This document shows, piece by piece, positions 42,218 to 54,250 of a stretch of 64,000 nucleotides of DNA. The translations under genes and the position numbers were made by a program. The notes below the pieces were generated by a model that saw only the letters and a list, made by a program, of their open reading frames with translations, made no database searches and was not told where the DNA came from. Source of the stretch: Acidimicrobiales bacterium (GTDB lineage Bacteria; Actinomycetota; Acidimicrobiia; Acidimicrobiales; Bog-793). Location: the NCBI GenBank assembly GCA_050015255.1, contig JBEKBT010000003.1:2593-66592 (forward strand), read 5' to 3'. The stretch's first letter is position 1. Each line of letters opens with the position of its first letter.

Positions 42218-44483
42218 CCCCCTCGCCCCGAGGTCCGTCCTGCTGAAGACGGTGCGGGCGGTGGCATTGCCCATCGCCGTGCCGATCGTGATGCTGGTCA
42301 CCACCGGCTGTCTGTACTGGGCGCGGGCCGCGGTGACAGGGGTTCCGGGCCCGCGGGTCGCCGACGCGCTCCCGTTGGACGAGCTGGCCGGACACGGGTC
42401 CATCCCCCTTCTCGTCTACGTGGCGAGCTATCTCCTCGTCGGTTGCCTGCTCGGTCTGTTGGCGAAGTGGCTGGGAACCGACCGGTTGACGGCAGGGATC
42501 GCTCTGGCAGCAGGGGCGGGAGTCGTCACCTTCGGCCTCGATTCGCTCTCACTGTTCATCGTGCGCCAGACGGGCTACGGGCAGGCGCTGACCGCAGCAG
42601 GTCACCTGCAAACGGTCTACCTCACCGCCCTGGCCGTCGGAATCGGTGGGGCCCTGCTCGGTCGCGAGCGCGGGGTCCGTGCCCGGATCACGACCGTGTT
42701 GGCCTGGGCGGTCGGCCTTGCAGGCCTGCTCGACCTGGTCTCGGCCATCGCCCCTCGCTTCACGGACCGCCTGCAGGTGCTCGACAGCCTCGTCACCACC
42801 ACCGTGCCTCCCGTCGCCAATGCCCTCGTCGTGCCGGTCGGAGTCGTCCTGTTGTTCAGCGCACGACGCCTCGCAAGGGGGAGCCGCCGTGCCTGGCGAC
42901 TCGCCGTCGCGTTGCTCGCCGCCTCCTCCGTGCTGCACCTGTTGAAAGGCCTCGACTACGAAGAGGCGATCGCGACGGGCCTGCTCGCCCTTGCCCTCGT
43001 CGCCAAACGGCGGGACTTCTCCGCCCCCGGCAGCCCTGAAGGGCAGCCAAGAGCGCTGTTGCGCCTCGTCATGGCGCTGGCCGTGGCTTTCGTCTATGGC
43101 TTCTTCGCCCTCTTCGTGAACCGGACGGCCTCAGGCCTGCCCTTCGACTTCGTCGCAGGCGTGCGGGGTGCCGCTCGGGCCATGGTCGGTCTGGCGCCCC
43201 GCAACGGCCAGTACCTCAACGGCGACTTCGCCGCCTGGTTCTCCTGGTCGGTCGTGTCGATCGTCGCGATCGGTGTCGGATGGTCAGTCGCGGCGTGGGT
43301 CGCTCCCTGGCGCGATCTGCTCTCGAGCGATGCGCTGCGGCGAAACAGGGCGTGTGAGCTCGTACGGCAGTGGGGCACGGACTCCTTGGCGTCTTTTTCC
43401 CTGCGCCACGACAAGTCGCACCTCATCTTCTCGGTCACGGACGACGAACCAGGCAAGGAGCCAGGCGGTGAGCCGGCGGGGGAGGTCCTCTTCGCCTATC
43501 GAGTCGTTCGGGGAGTGGCGCTCCTCACCGGCGATCCGATCGGTCCACCGGCCGCCGTCGGTCCCGCCATGGAAAGATTCGTGGCGGAGGCACACCGGCG
43601 GGGATGGTACGTCGCCTTGCTCGGAGCCTCCGAGCGGTACCTCGATGTGTACCGCGCCGCCGGCCTGAAGGCGCTCTATCACGGCGACGAGGCCGTCGTG
43701 AACGTCCCGGCTTTCTCACTCGAGGGTGGTGCGATGCGAACGGTACGTCAGGCCGTGCACCGGGTGGAGCGCTGGGGCTACCGCTCCGAGGTGGTCTTCG
43801 TCGGCGACGTCTCCCCCGAGCTCCGCTCAGAGCTCCTGGCCGTGGAGCTCGACTGGCTAAAGGGCCGTCGCCGCACTGGTTTTGTCATGCAGCTCGACGA
43901 CCTGTTCTCCCTCGGCGGCCACGACGCCCTGTTCGTGGTCGGGCGCTCCCCCGAGGGGCGAGTCGGCGGCTTCCTCCATGCGGCTGTCTGTGGCGCCAGC
44001 GCCTCGCTGTCGCTCTCGTCGGTGCCGCGACGAGACGACACGCCGAACGGCTTGGCGGCCTGGCTCATCACCGAGACCATCCGCTGGGCCGACGCGCACA
44101 GCTTCGAGAGCCTTTCGCTCAACTTCGCACCGTTCGCCGGCCTGCTCCGCGACGACGCCGGGCTGTCGGCGCTGCAGCGCCTCGAGCGGGAGGCACTTCT
44201 CGTCCTCAAGCGGCGGCTGGAGCTCCAGCTGGACAACCTCAGCATGTTCAACCGCAAGTTCAGTCCCACATACCAACGCCGCTACGTGGTCTACGAGCGG
44301 CGTTCGGACCTTCCCCGGGTGGCCATAACCGCCATGGCCGCGGAGGGGTACCTGCCCTTCTCCGCCCTGGCCCGGGGAAGAAACTGGGACCGGCGACCAG
44401 CCGGTACGTGCCGGGACGAGGTGCCCTTCCCGTCCGAGCTCGACCTCAAAGAGCCGCGGTCCGAGGAATTGCTGTCTGGATGA
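42210..44483 (+). CDS. MprF-like aminoacyl-phosphatidylglycerol synthase (N-terminal polytopic domain + C-terminal DUF2156/LPG-synthase domain)
   Basis: The GTG at 42210 overlaps the esterase stop by 8 nt. The N-terminal half has about 8-10 TM segments. C-terminal motifs: LLTGDPIGP, MRTVRQAVHRVER, GFVMQL, LNFAPF and NRKFSPTYQRRYVVYE. Confidence 0.8.
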   Translation: MADPLAPRSVLLKTVRAVALPIAVPIVMLVTTGCLYWARAAVTGVPGPRVADALPLDELAGHGSIPLLVYVASYLLVGCLLGLLAKWLGTDRLTAGIALAAGAGVVTFGLDSLSLFIVRQTGYGQALTAAGHLQTVYLTALAVGIGGALLGRERGVRARITTVLAWAVGLAGLLDLVSAIAPRFTDRLQVLDSLVTTTVPPVANALVVPVGVVLLFSARRLARGSRRAWRLAVALLAASSVLHLLKGLDYEEAIATGLLALALVAKRRDFSAPGSPEGQPRALLRLVMALAVAFVYGFFALFVNRTASGLPFDFVAGVRGAARAMVGLAPRNGQYLNGDFAAWFSWSVVSIVAIGVGWSVAAWVAPWRDLLSSDALRRNRACELVRQWGTDSLASFSLRHDKSHLIFSVTDDEPGKEPGGEPAGEVLFAYRVVRGVALLTGDPIGPPAAVGPAMERFVAEAHRRGWYVALLGASERYLDVYRAAGLKALYHGDEAVVNVPAFSLEGGAMRTVRQAVHRVERWGYRSEVVFVGDVSPELRSELLAVELDWLKGRRRTGFVMQLDDLFSLGGHDALFVVGRSPEGRVGGFLHAAVCGASASLSLSSVPRRDDTPNGLAAWLITETIRWADAHSFESLSLNFAPFAGLLRDDAGLSALQRLEREALLVLKRRLELQLDNLSMFNRKFSPTYQRRYVVYERRSDLPRVAITAMAAEGYLPFSALARGRNWDRRPAGTCRDEVPFPSELDLKEPRSEELLSG

Positions 44484-45358
44484 GGACGGCCGCGGGTCTC
44501 CTCCTCGCTGTGGTCTCCGCGATGATGCTCAATTGGGGCTTCTTCGTGCAGCACGGCGCCTCCAACAAGCTGCCGGCCCTCTCCTTGCGGCACCCGTGGA
44601 CGGCCCTCCGGCTCCTGTTCACCAACGGCCGCTGGCTTCTCGGCTACGTCGTCGGTCTCGCCGGCTGGGGCCTTTACATCGCGGCGCTGCTCTTCGCCCC
44701 GATATCGCTCGTACAGGCGACTTCTGCCGGTGGGATAGGCCTGCTCGCCCTTTTCGTCTGGCGCGTCGCCCGCGTGCGGTTCTCCCGTGTCGAGCAGGTC
44801 GCCATCGGGGCCTGCGTGGCTGGACTCGCGCTGGTCTGCATCTCGTTTGCCGCCGGAGTGCCGAGGCCGGTGGTCGCGGGAACACGGACGGTCGCGATCT
44901 GGTTGGGTGTCATGCTGGTGGCTGCGGGCGTGGCCTGGCGGCCCGGTTCACGTTTCATGCGACCCGGAGCCGGCCTGGGGGTCGCTGCCGGGCTGTGCTA
45001 CGCGGCGGGCGACGTGTCCACAAAGGGGGCCGTCAGCGGCGTCGGCCTCTTCCTCGTACCTGTGCTGGTCGCCTGCCACGTGATCGGGTTCGTGGCGCTG
45101 CAACTCGCCTTCCAACGGGGCGGGGCGCTTGCCACCGCGGGGATGTCGACCTTGTTGAACAACGCCCTGCCGATCATGGCCGGGATCGTCGCCTTCCACG
45201 AGCGGCTGCCGGCGGCGCCCTTCGGCGTGGTGCGGGCCGCGGGTTTCGTCGTGGTGGTTCTGGGTGCCGCAATGCTCGCCAGGCCGGAGCGGCCAGCTCT
45301 CCAGGCCCTGGAGGACGGATCGGCCTCGACCGTGGCCTCCCCGGGCCCGCCGGGCTGA
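44480..45358 (+). CDS. polytopic membrane protein (DMT/EamA-like topology, 292 aa)
   Basis: The ATG at 44480 overlaps the mprF-like stop (ATGA). About 9-10 hydrophobic segments. No diagnostic motif. Confidence 0.65.
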   Translation: MRTAAGLLLAVVSAMMLNWGFFVQHGASNKLPALSLRHPWTALRLLFTNGRWLLGYVVGLAGWGLYIAALLFAPISLVQATSAGGIGLLALFVWRVARVRFSRVEQVAIGACVAGLALVCISFAAGVPRPVVAGTRTVAIWLGVMLVAAGVAWRPGSRFMRPGAGLGVAAGLCYAAGDVSTKGAVSGVGLFLVPVLVACHVIGFVALQLAFQRGGALATAGMSTLLNNALPIMAGIVAFHERLPAAPFGVVRAAGFVVVVLGAAMLARPERPALQALEDGSASTVASPGPPG

Positions 45359-45625
45359 ACCGTGCCCGGCTACGAGGGTGCGGCCCCGGCCGGGAATCGG
45401 GCGCGCCCGGTGTTGCTGGCCGCGTGCAACTCGAGCGTCCGCCCCCGGCCAGAGCTGAAGGGCCCGCGGGAGGAGCGAAATCACGTTCTTCTGGTCGGGT
45501 CTTTCGCCTCTGTTTGCGTTGTGGGCGACTGCGGACAATCAGGATCAGAAGGTTGTGGAGGGACCACTCCAAGACCCTGACGTACAGAGCGGCATGGCCT
45601 GGAAGCCTGAAGATCGGAGGACACC

Positions 45626-45877
45626 ATGATCGCCGCTATGTCCAGCACAGTCGCAGGTGTGATCGGAGTGGCGCTCCTGCTGGCCGCCGTCGTGGTCGGC
45701 CTCGTGGTCGGGCCGAAGTGGTGGAACTGGCGGTCGTTCGTCGCCCTGACCCTCGTTCTGTTCATCCCGTTGATGATGTCCTTCTTCATCCCGTTGCCCA
45801 TCGTGATCATTCTCAATGTCGTCATAAGTCACGGCATCTGGCAGAGAAAGCACGGTGCGCCCCCAGTGGAGGCATGA
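45626..45877 (+). CDS. small membrane protein (83 aa, 3 predicted TM)
   Basis: ATG preceded by GGAGGA. Hydrophobic sequence, and lower GC than its neighbours. Confidence 0.5.
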   Translation: MIAAMSSTVAGVIGVALLLAAVVVGLVVGPKWWNWRSFVALTLVLFIPLMMSFFIPLPIVIILNVVISHGIWQRKHGAPPVEA

Positions 45878-45931
45878 GCGGATCGAGGTGATCAGGCCGA
45901 ACCGCATCGGGCCTTTGTAGCCGGCCCGCCG

Positions 45932-49272
<3,341 letters not shown>

Positions 49273-49273
<1 letters not shown>

Positions 49274-50430
49274 CAGGAGGTGGCCTCGATCAGGGAACGG
49301 AACTCCTCGAACAGGTAGCGGGCATCGTGTGGGCCAGGGCCTGCCTCGGGGTGGTACTGCACGCCGAACGCCGCCAGATGGTCGCAGCGGATGCCCTCGA
49401 CGACACCATCGTTCAAGTTGACATGGGTCACCCGAGTGGCGGTGGCGCCTCTGTCGGGCAGGGAGGCCGCTTCGACGGCGTAGTTGTGGTTCTGGCTCGT
49501 GATCTCGACCCGGCCCGTGTCCAGCCGCCGAACGGGGTGGTTGCCCCCGTGGTGCCCGAAGGCAAGCTTGAAGGTTCGAGCCCCGAGCGCCGCGCCGAGC
49601 AGCTGGTGGCCGAGGCAGATGCCGAATACGGGCACCTTCCCGAGGAGCTCGCAGATCGTGCCGACCAGCGTTCCCAATGCAGCGGGGTCGCCGGGCCCGT
49701 TGGACAAGAGCACGCCGTCGGGCTCCAGTTCCAGGGTCCTCGCGGCCGGGAACGAGGCCGGGACGACTGTGATGCTGGCGAGTTTGCCGAGGGATCGCAG
49801 CATGGTCTCTTTCACGCCGAAGTCGTAGGCCACCACCCGAAGCCTCCCCGAGCCTCGCTCGTAAGGCGTCCCGGTTGTCACGCCCGAGACGAGGTCGCGC
49901 CCTGTCGTGCCCGGCTCTGCCGCCGCGGCCGCGCGGAGCTGGGACTCGTCGGCGGTACCGAAGGCGCAGCCCAGGGCGCCGACCTCACGCAGGTGCCTCG
50001 TGAGCCTGCGCGTGTCGACACCTGATATCCCAGGAACACTGTTTCGGACAAGGAAGTCCTCCAGCGACCCGGCGGCGCGCCATGACGACGGCCGCGACGT
50101 TAGATCGCGCACCACGATGCCCCGGCACCACGGGCGGCGAGCCTCGTCGTCGGACGGGCTCACGCCGTAGTTGCCGATGTGGGGATAGGTGAAGGCGACG
50201 ACCTGCCCGGCGTAGCTCGGGTCTGTGACTACCTCCTGGTAGCCGCTGAGCACGGTGTTGAACACGACCTCTCCGTGAGCCAGGCCCCCTGGCGGCGGTG
50301 CCCCGACGGCCTCACCTTCGAACACCTCCCCATCGGCGAGAACCAGCAGCGCCCTGGAGCGCTCCCTGTCGGTGCGGCTCCATCGGCCGGAATCGTCGGT
50401 GCCGCCGTTTGGGTCAGTCCGTGTTGGCAA
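49273..50430 (-). CDS. carA: carbamoyl-phosphate synthase small (glutaminase) subunit
   Basis: [13 protein letters not shown]..., VTDPSYAGQ, and the GATase triad region GICLGHQLL...HNY. The only plausible start is the TTG at 50430 (17-nt overlap with the upstream gene), so the start is uncertain. The stop shares one nucleotide with the carB start. Confidence 0.85.
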
Positions 50431-50980
50431 TTGCGATCCATCCCGCCCAACGATTTGCTTCCCTCCCGAGGCGGACGTTGTCCATGCCCATGCCGGTGAG
50501 CCACACGTCTGGTGCCTCAAAGCCGTACATGGCCAGATCACACACAATAGGTGGCTTCTTCAGCTTCTTCACCAGCACAATACGCTCAACCTGCAGGGCG
50601 CCATATCCGTACAGATGCCGCTCGGTGAAATCGGTGGTGCCGCCTCCGTCGACAAGGTCGTCGAGCAGAACGACGTGCCGGTTCGTCAGCTCCCTGTAAT
50701 CAGGGGGAAGGTCGGTAACAAGCCGAGGCTGGCCACCCTCGCGGCTTGAGCCATAGCGGCTGACGATCATGGACTGAACATTCGGGTGGAAATAAGGATC
50801 ATGATGCTGGATCGCCCGCATCAACTTTGCGGTGAAAGGCTGGGCGCCATTGAGCAAACTTACGAAGAGGGTGTCTGTACCCTTATAGTTGCGCGTGATG
50901 TCCACTGCCATCTCGGCTATCCGAGCATCGACCTCAGACTCGGTGTAGAGGATCTCTTTGTACAGAGGCGTCTCGCTCAT
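50414..50980 (-). CDS. type I phosphoribosyltransferase (HGPRT-like)
   Basis: 188 aa. PRPP loop VVLLDDLVDGGGT, VSRYGSS...G, and GMGMDN near the C-terminus. Clearly lower GC by eye than carAB. Confidence 0.75.
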   Translation of the reverse strand: MSETPLYKEILYTESEVDARIAEMAVDITRNYKGTDTLFVSLLNGAQPFTAKLMRAIQHHDPYFHPNVQSMIVSRYGSSREGGQPRLVTDLPPDYRELTNRHVVLLDDLVDGGGTTDFTERHLYGYGALQVERIVLVKKLKKPPIVCDLAMYGFEAPDVWLTGMGMDNVRLGREANRWAGWIAIANTD

Positions 50981-51063
50981 ACTTGGTTCTCCACTTCGGG
51001 CACGTCACTCCCCACCTGGCGGGATCTCGACCGTTCTGTCCTGAGTGCTGGCAACATTAGGCA

Positions 51064-51300
51064 GTGGCTCGTCATCGTGACGTCCAGGCATTCGATGAGC
51101 GGTCGGCCGACTACGAGAGCGGGCGCCTCGGCGGGTGCCATAAGCGAATCGCCGAGTGGACCGCGGACATCGCGCTTGCCCATCACCCGACGCCGTTGCA
51201 TGTCTTGGATGTCGGGTGCGGCACGGGCTATCTCCTCCGCCAGCTTGCCCTCCGCTGTGTGATCGGCTCCGCCCGCTCTTGCGGGCTGTCGCTCCCGTGA
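51064..51300 (+). pseudogene. N-terminal stub of a class I SAM-dependent methyltransferase
   Basis: 78 codons. VLDVGCGTGYLLRQLA (motif I), after which the ORF ends 10 nt before the convergent ftcD stop. The remaining ~150-200 codons of a normal enzyme are absent. Confidence 0.5.
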
Positions 51301-51310
51301 CCGCTGGGCG

Positions 51311-52759
51311 CTAGCCGAGCTCGCGGACCGCGGCCTCGAGGTCGGCCATGTCCGCCCCCCGCTCCCGCAGGTCGCCGAGGTTGATGACCACGTTGGCGAG
51401 TGAGCCCTCCCGGGCGGCGTTGAGCAGTGCGAGGGCCGTGCTCCAGTCGCTCTTCATGACCGGTCGGACCCTGTCGGCCAGATCCCGGAGCTCGCGCGCA
51501 CAGCTCCAGGCGAGCCGCGCAGTGTCGAGCGGCACCTCAGCGGCGTGCCGGATGGCGGCCGTCCAGGCCTGCTCCGCCTCTGGCCCGGGCTGGCTCTTCG
51601 TCGTCCGGCGCGCCGTGATCGTGTCCGCGTACGCCTGCGCGTCCTCCTCGACCAAGCCGAGAAAGCGGCTCCGGGCAGCGGTCAGCTGTTGGCGGGCCGC
51701 GTCCGGCGCGGCATCGTCGCTGCCGGCCGAGTAGGCGAGCACCATCTCGCCGAGGGCGGCGCCCATGGCGCCGGCGGCCGCGGCCGCGCTTCCGCCGCCG
51801 GGCGTGGGGGTTCGCGCGGCCAACCGGGCGGTGAAATCGGAGAGGGACTCCGCCCGAGGCTGGCTGCCCCGCACCTTGCGCTCGAGGACGGTGCTGCGGT
51901 CGAAGCTGTTGAGTTGCAGGTAGTACTCGGCGGCATCGAACAGGGCGTCCTCGGGCACCAGGCCTACGACCTCGGTCTCCTCCACGCCCGCCCCGAAGCG
52001 GGCCGCCTCGCGCCGCACGGCCTCGACGGCACGGTGGATCGGGGTTCTTCGGTAGTCGGTCAGATTCATCGAGACCTGCGCACGCTGGCGCTCGCGGATA
52101 TCGAACCCCAGCGCCTTGACCTCGGCCAGGCCGCCGTCGCGGCTTCGGACTGCCTTTGCCACCTTCTTGGCGACCGCGACGTCGGGGGTCGTCAGGTAGG
52201 CGTTGTAGGCGATGAGGATCGGCCGGGCGCCGATGGCGACCGCGCCAGCGGTCGGGTGCACCCGCGGCTCGCCCATGTCCGGGCGCCGAGCGGGGTCGGT
52301 CCCAATCGTGTCCCGGATACCCTCGAATTGCCCGGCGCGCACCTTCGCCAGATCCTGGCGCTCGGGCAGCCGGGCGGCCTCGCCGTAGAGGTAGACCGGA
52401 ATGTGCAGCTCCTCCCACACCCAGGTGCCGAGCTCGATGGCGAGGGCCACGGCCTGCTCGGTGGTGGCGTCGCCCAGCGGCACGAAGGGGACGACGTCGG
52501 TAGCGCCCATGCGGGGATGCTCACCATGGTGGCTCGTGAGGTCGATGAGCGCCGTCGCCACCCGCATCATGTTCTTCACCGCGTCCACGAGCGCCGGTCC
52601 CTCACCGACGAGCGTAACCACGCAGCGGTTGTGGTCGGCGTTCCGCTCGACGTCGAGCAGCGTCACCCCTGGTCTTTCCTGCGCCTGGGCCACGATCCGG
52701 GCGATCTTCGTCTCGTCCCGGCCCTCTGAGAAGTTGGGGACGCATTCGAACGAGCTCAC
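51311..52759 (-). CDS. ftcD: fused glutamate formimidoyltransferase + formimidoyl-THF cyclodeaminase (FTCD-like)
   Basis: FECVPNFSEGRD...RCVVTLVG... (transferase, about aa 1-300). The C-terminal ~180 aa contain TPTPGGGSAAAAAGAMGAALGEMV (cyclodeaminase family). Confidence 0.8.
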   Translation of the reverse strand: MSSFECVPNFSEGRDETKIARIVAQAQERPGVTLLDVERNADHNRCVVTLVGEGPALVDAVKNMMRVATALIDLTSHHGEHPRMGATDVVPFVPLGDATTEQAVALAIELGTWVWEELHIPVYLYGEAARLPERQDLAKVRAGQFEGIRDTIGTDPARRPDMGEPRVHPTAGAVAIGARPILIAYNAYLTTPDVAVAKKVAKAVRSRDGGLAEVKALGFDIRERQRAQVSMNLTDYRRTPIHRAVEAVRREAARFGAGVEETEVVGLVPEDALFDAAEYYLQLNSFDRSTVLERKVRGSQPRAESLSDFTARLAARTPTPGGGSAAAAAGAMGAALGEMVLAYSAGSDDAAPDAARQQLTAARSRFLGLVEEDAQAYADTITARRTTKSQPGPEAEQAWTAAIRHAAEVPLDTARLAWSCARELRDLADRVRPVMKSDWSTALALLNAAREGSLANVVINLGDLRERGADMADLEAAVRELG

Positions 52760-52784
52760 GTGAGACCTCCAGGATCTGCCCCCA

Positions 52785-54250
52785 TTAGGCGGACAGCGGC
52801 GAGACTAGTCGGGCGTCTTGGTCGAACCCCAGGCGACGAGGTTCCTCTTCGACGACCACGTCGGCTCGGTTCGAGAGGGCGGGCAGGCAGCCCTCCGAGA
52901 CGACGAGACTCTCCACATCCAGCGTGGACCTGATGTGCACCAGGCGCAGGTCCTCGGCCGTAAAGGGCCGCAGGGTGTCGAGCATGGCGCGGATGGCGTC
53001 GCGCTCGTTCGGGAGGGTAAGGGGCAGGCGCATGTCCTCCGGAAAGCAGGCCGCGATGGCGTTCACAGCGGTCACCTCGAGGTCGACCTTCTCGACCAGC
53101 TGCGGCGTGGTGACATCGACGAAGCCGAGGCCGCAGGCGTTGCCCTCCGAGGCCCTTCTTGCCGAACAGGTGCTTCCGGGCCACCTGGTCGATGCAGGTG
53201 CGGGGACCAGGCGGCTCCCGGCCTGCTCGATCACCTGGGCTACGCCCATGCGCTCGGCGAGCTCCTTGTCGCGAAACGACGTCTGGACCCAGAACTCGAC
53301 CTTGAAGTGACGGCCGTCGATCCGAGCGGCGATCGCCCTTAGCTGGTCGAGCGACAGGTGCGGGCAGCCGAGGAGCGCGAACTCGATGGGGCCTGCGTCG
53401 GCCGAGAGCATCTCGCGCTGCTCGTCGAGATCCTTCGCCGTGACGACAAAACCGTCACCGGGCGGGTCCCCGTGGAACGCGGCCTCGAGCGTCGGGGCCT
53501 CGGGTGTCAGGCCGACGACGTGGTACATGGGCACGTTTCCCCCGTGTTGCGCTCGGCGCCCAGGTTCATGTGCGCCTCCGGGGTCATGGCCGATATGCCG
53601 GTGAACACCGGGATGAAGGCGGTCTGGATGCCGGTGATGCGGGGCACGGCGTAGCCGAGAAGGTGGTACTCGAACTCGTCGCTGAGCGTGGGCTCGACGT
53701 GCACGTGCACCTGGCCCTTGCGGTTCTCCTCGAGCAGCAGGCCGTAGACCGGCACGCGGCCGGTCACCGCGGCGCACAGCGCGCTCTGGGCCGACTCGCG
53801 GTTGGTACGTGCTCCGTAGACCGAGTTCATGTAAGGGGTAGCGCTGGACTACGAGTAGGCCGTGACCTCGCCGAAGTAAGGCACGTTGCCTTGCAGATAG
53901 GGCGTGCAGTTGTAGGTCAGCTGAGCGCCCAGAGTCCTGTACGCCGCTTCAGTCCGCTCCATTGTGCTCATGTCCTCAGGCGTCAGCCCGGGAACGTGCC
54001 GGAAGAACTCGAGGCAGAAGCCAGGGTTCACCGTGGGCGGGACCTTGCACACGGCGCCGCCGGCTACGAGGCGCTCCGCGAACCAGATGTCCGCGTCCTG
54101 GTTGCTCAAAGCGACGTGGGCCCTGGTGATGTCGCACATCTGCTCGACGTCGAACGCCCGGCCGATGGCGACGAGCACCTCCATGGCGAGGGTGGTCCCT
54201 GCGCCATGAGCGCCCTCGAGCATCTCGGCATCCTGTGCCGTGAGCTTCAT
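52785..54250 (-). pseudogene. aconitase-X (DUF521) family gene interrupted by an in-frame TAG and at least one frameshift, with an unassigned 3' segment
   Basis: Segment 1 (54250-53852): [18 protein letters not shown]...GEVTAYS, then TAG at 53849-53851, continuing in the same frame as SSATPYMNSVYGARTNRE... to 53507. It then shifts to the frame of ORF 52785..53777 at a C5 run (53539-53543): ...GGNVPMYHVVGLTPEA...LGCPHLSL.... A possible further shift pair lies at about 53140-53205. Its start overlaps the hutU stop (ATGA). Confidence 0.6.

Noticed and set aside
53849-53851. TAG decoded as pyrrolysine
   Set aside because: There are no pyl genes in the window, the lineage is not known for pyrrolysine, and the same gene also has frameshifts. 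A nonsense mutation or sequencing error is far more likely.
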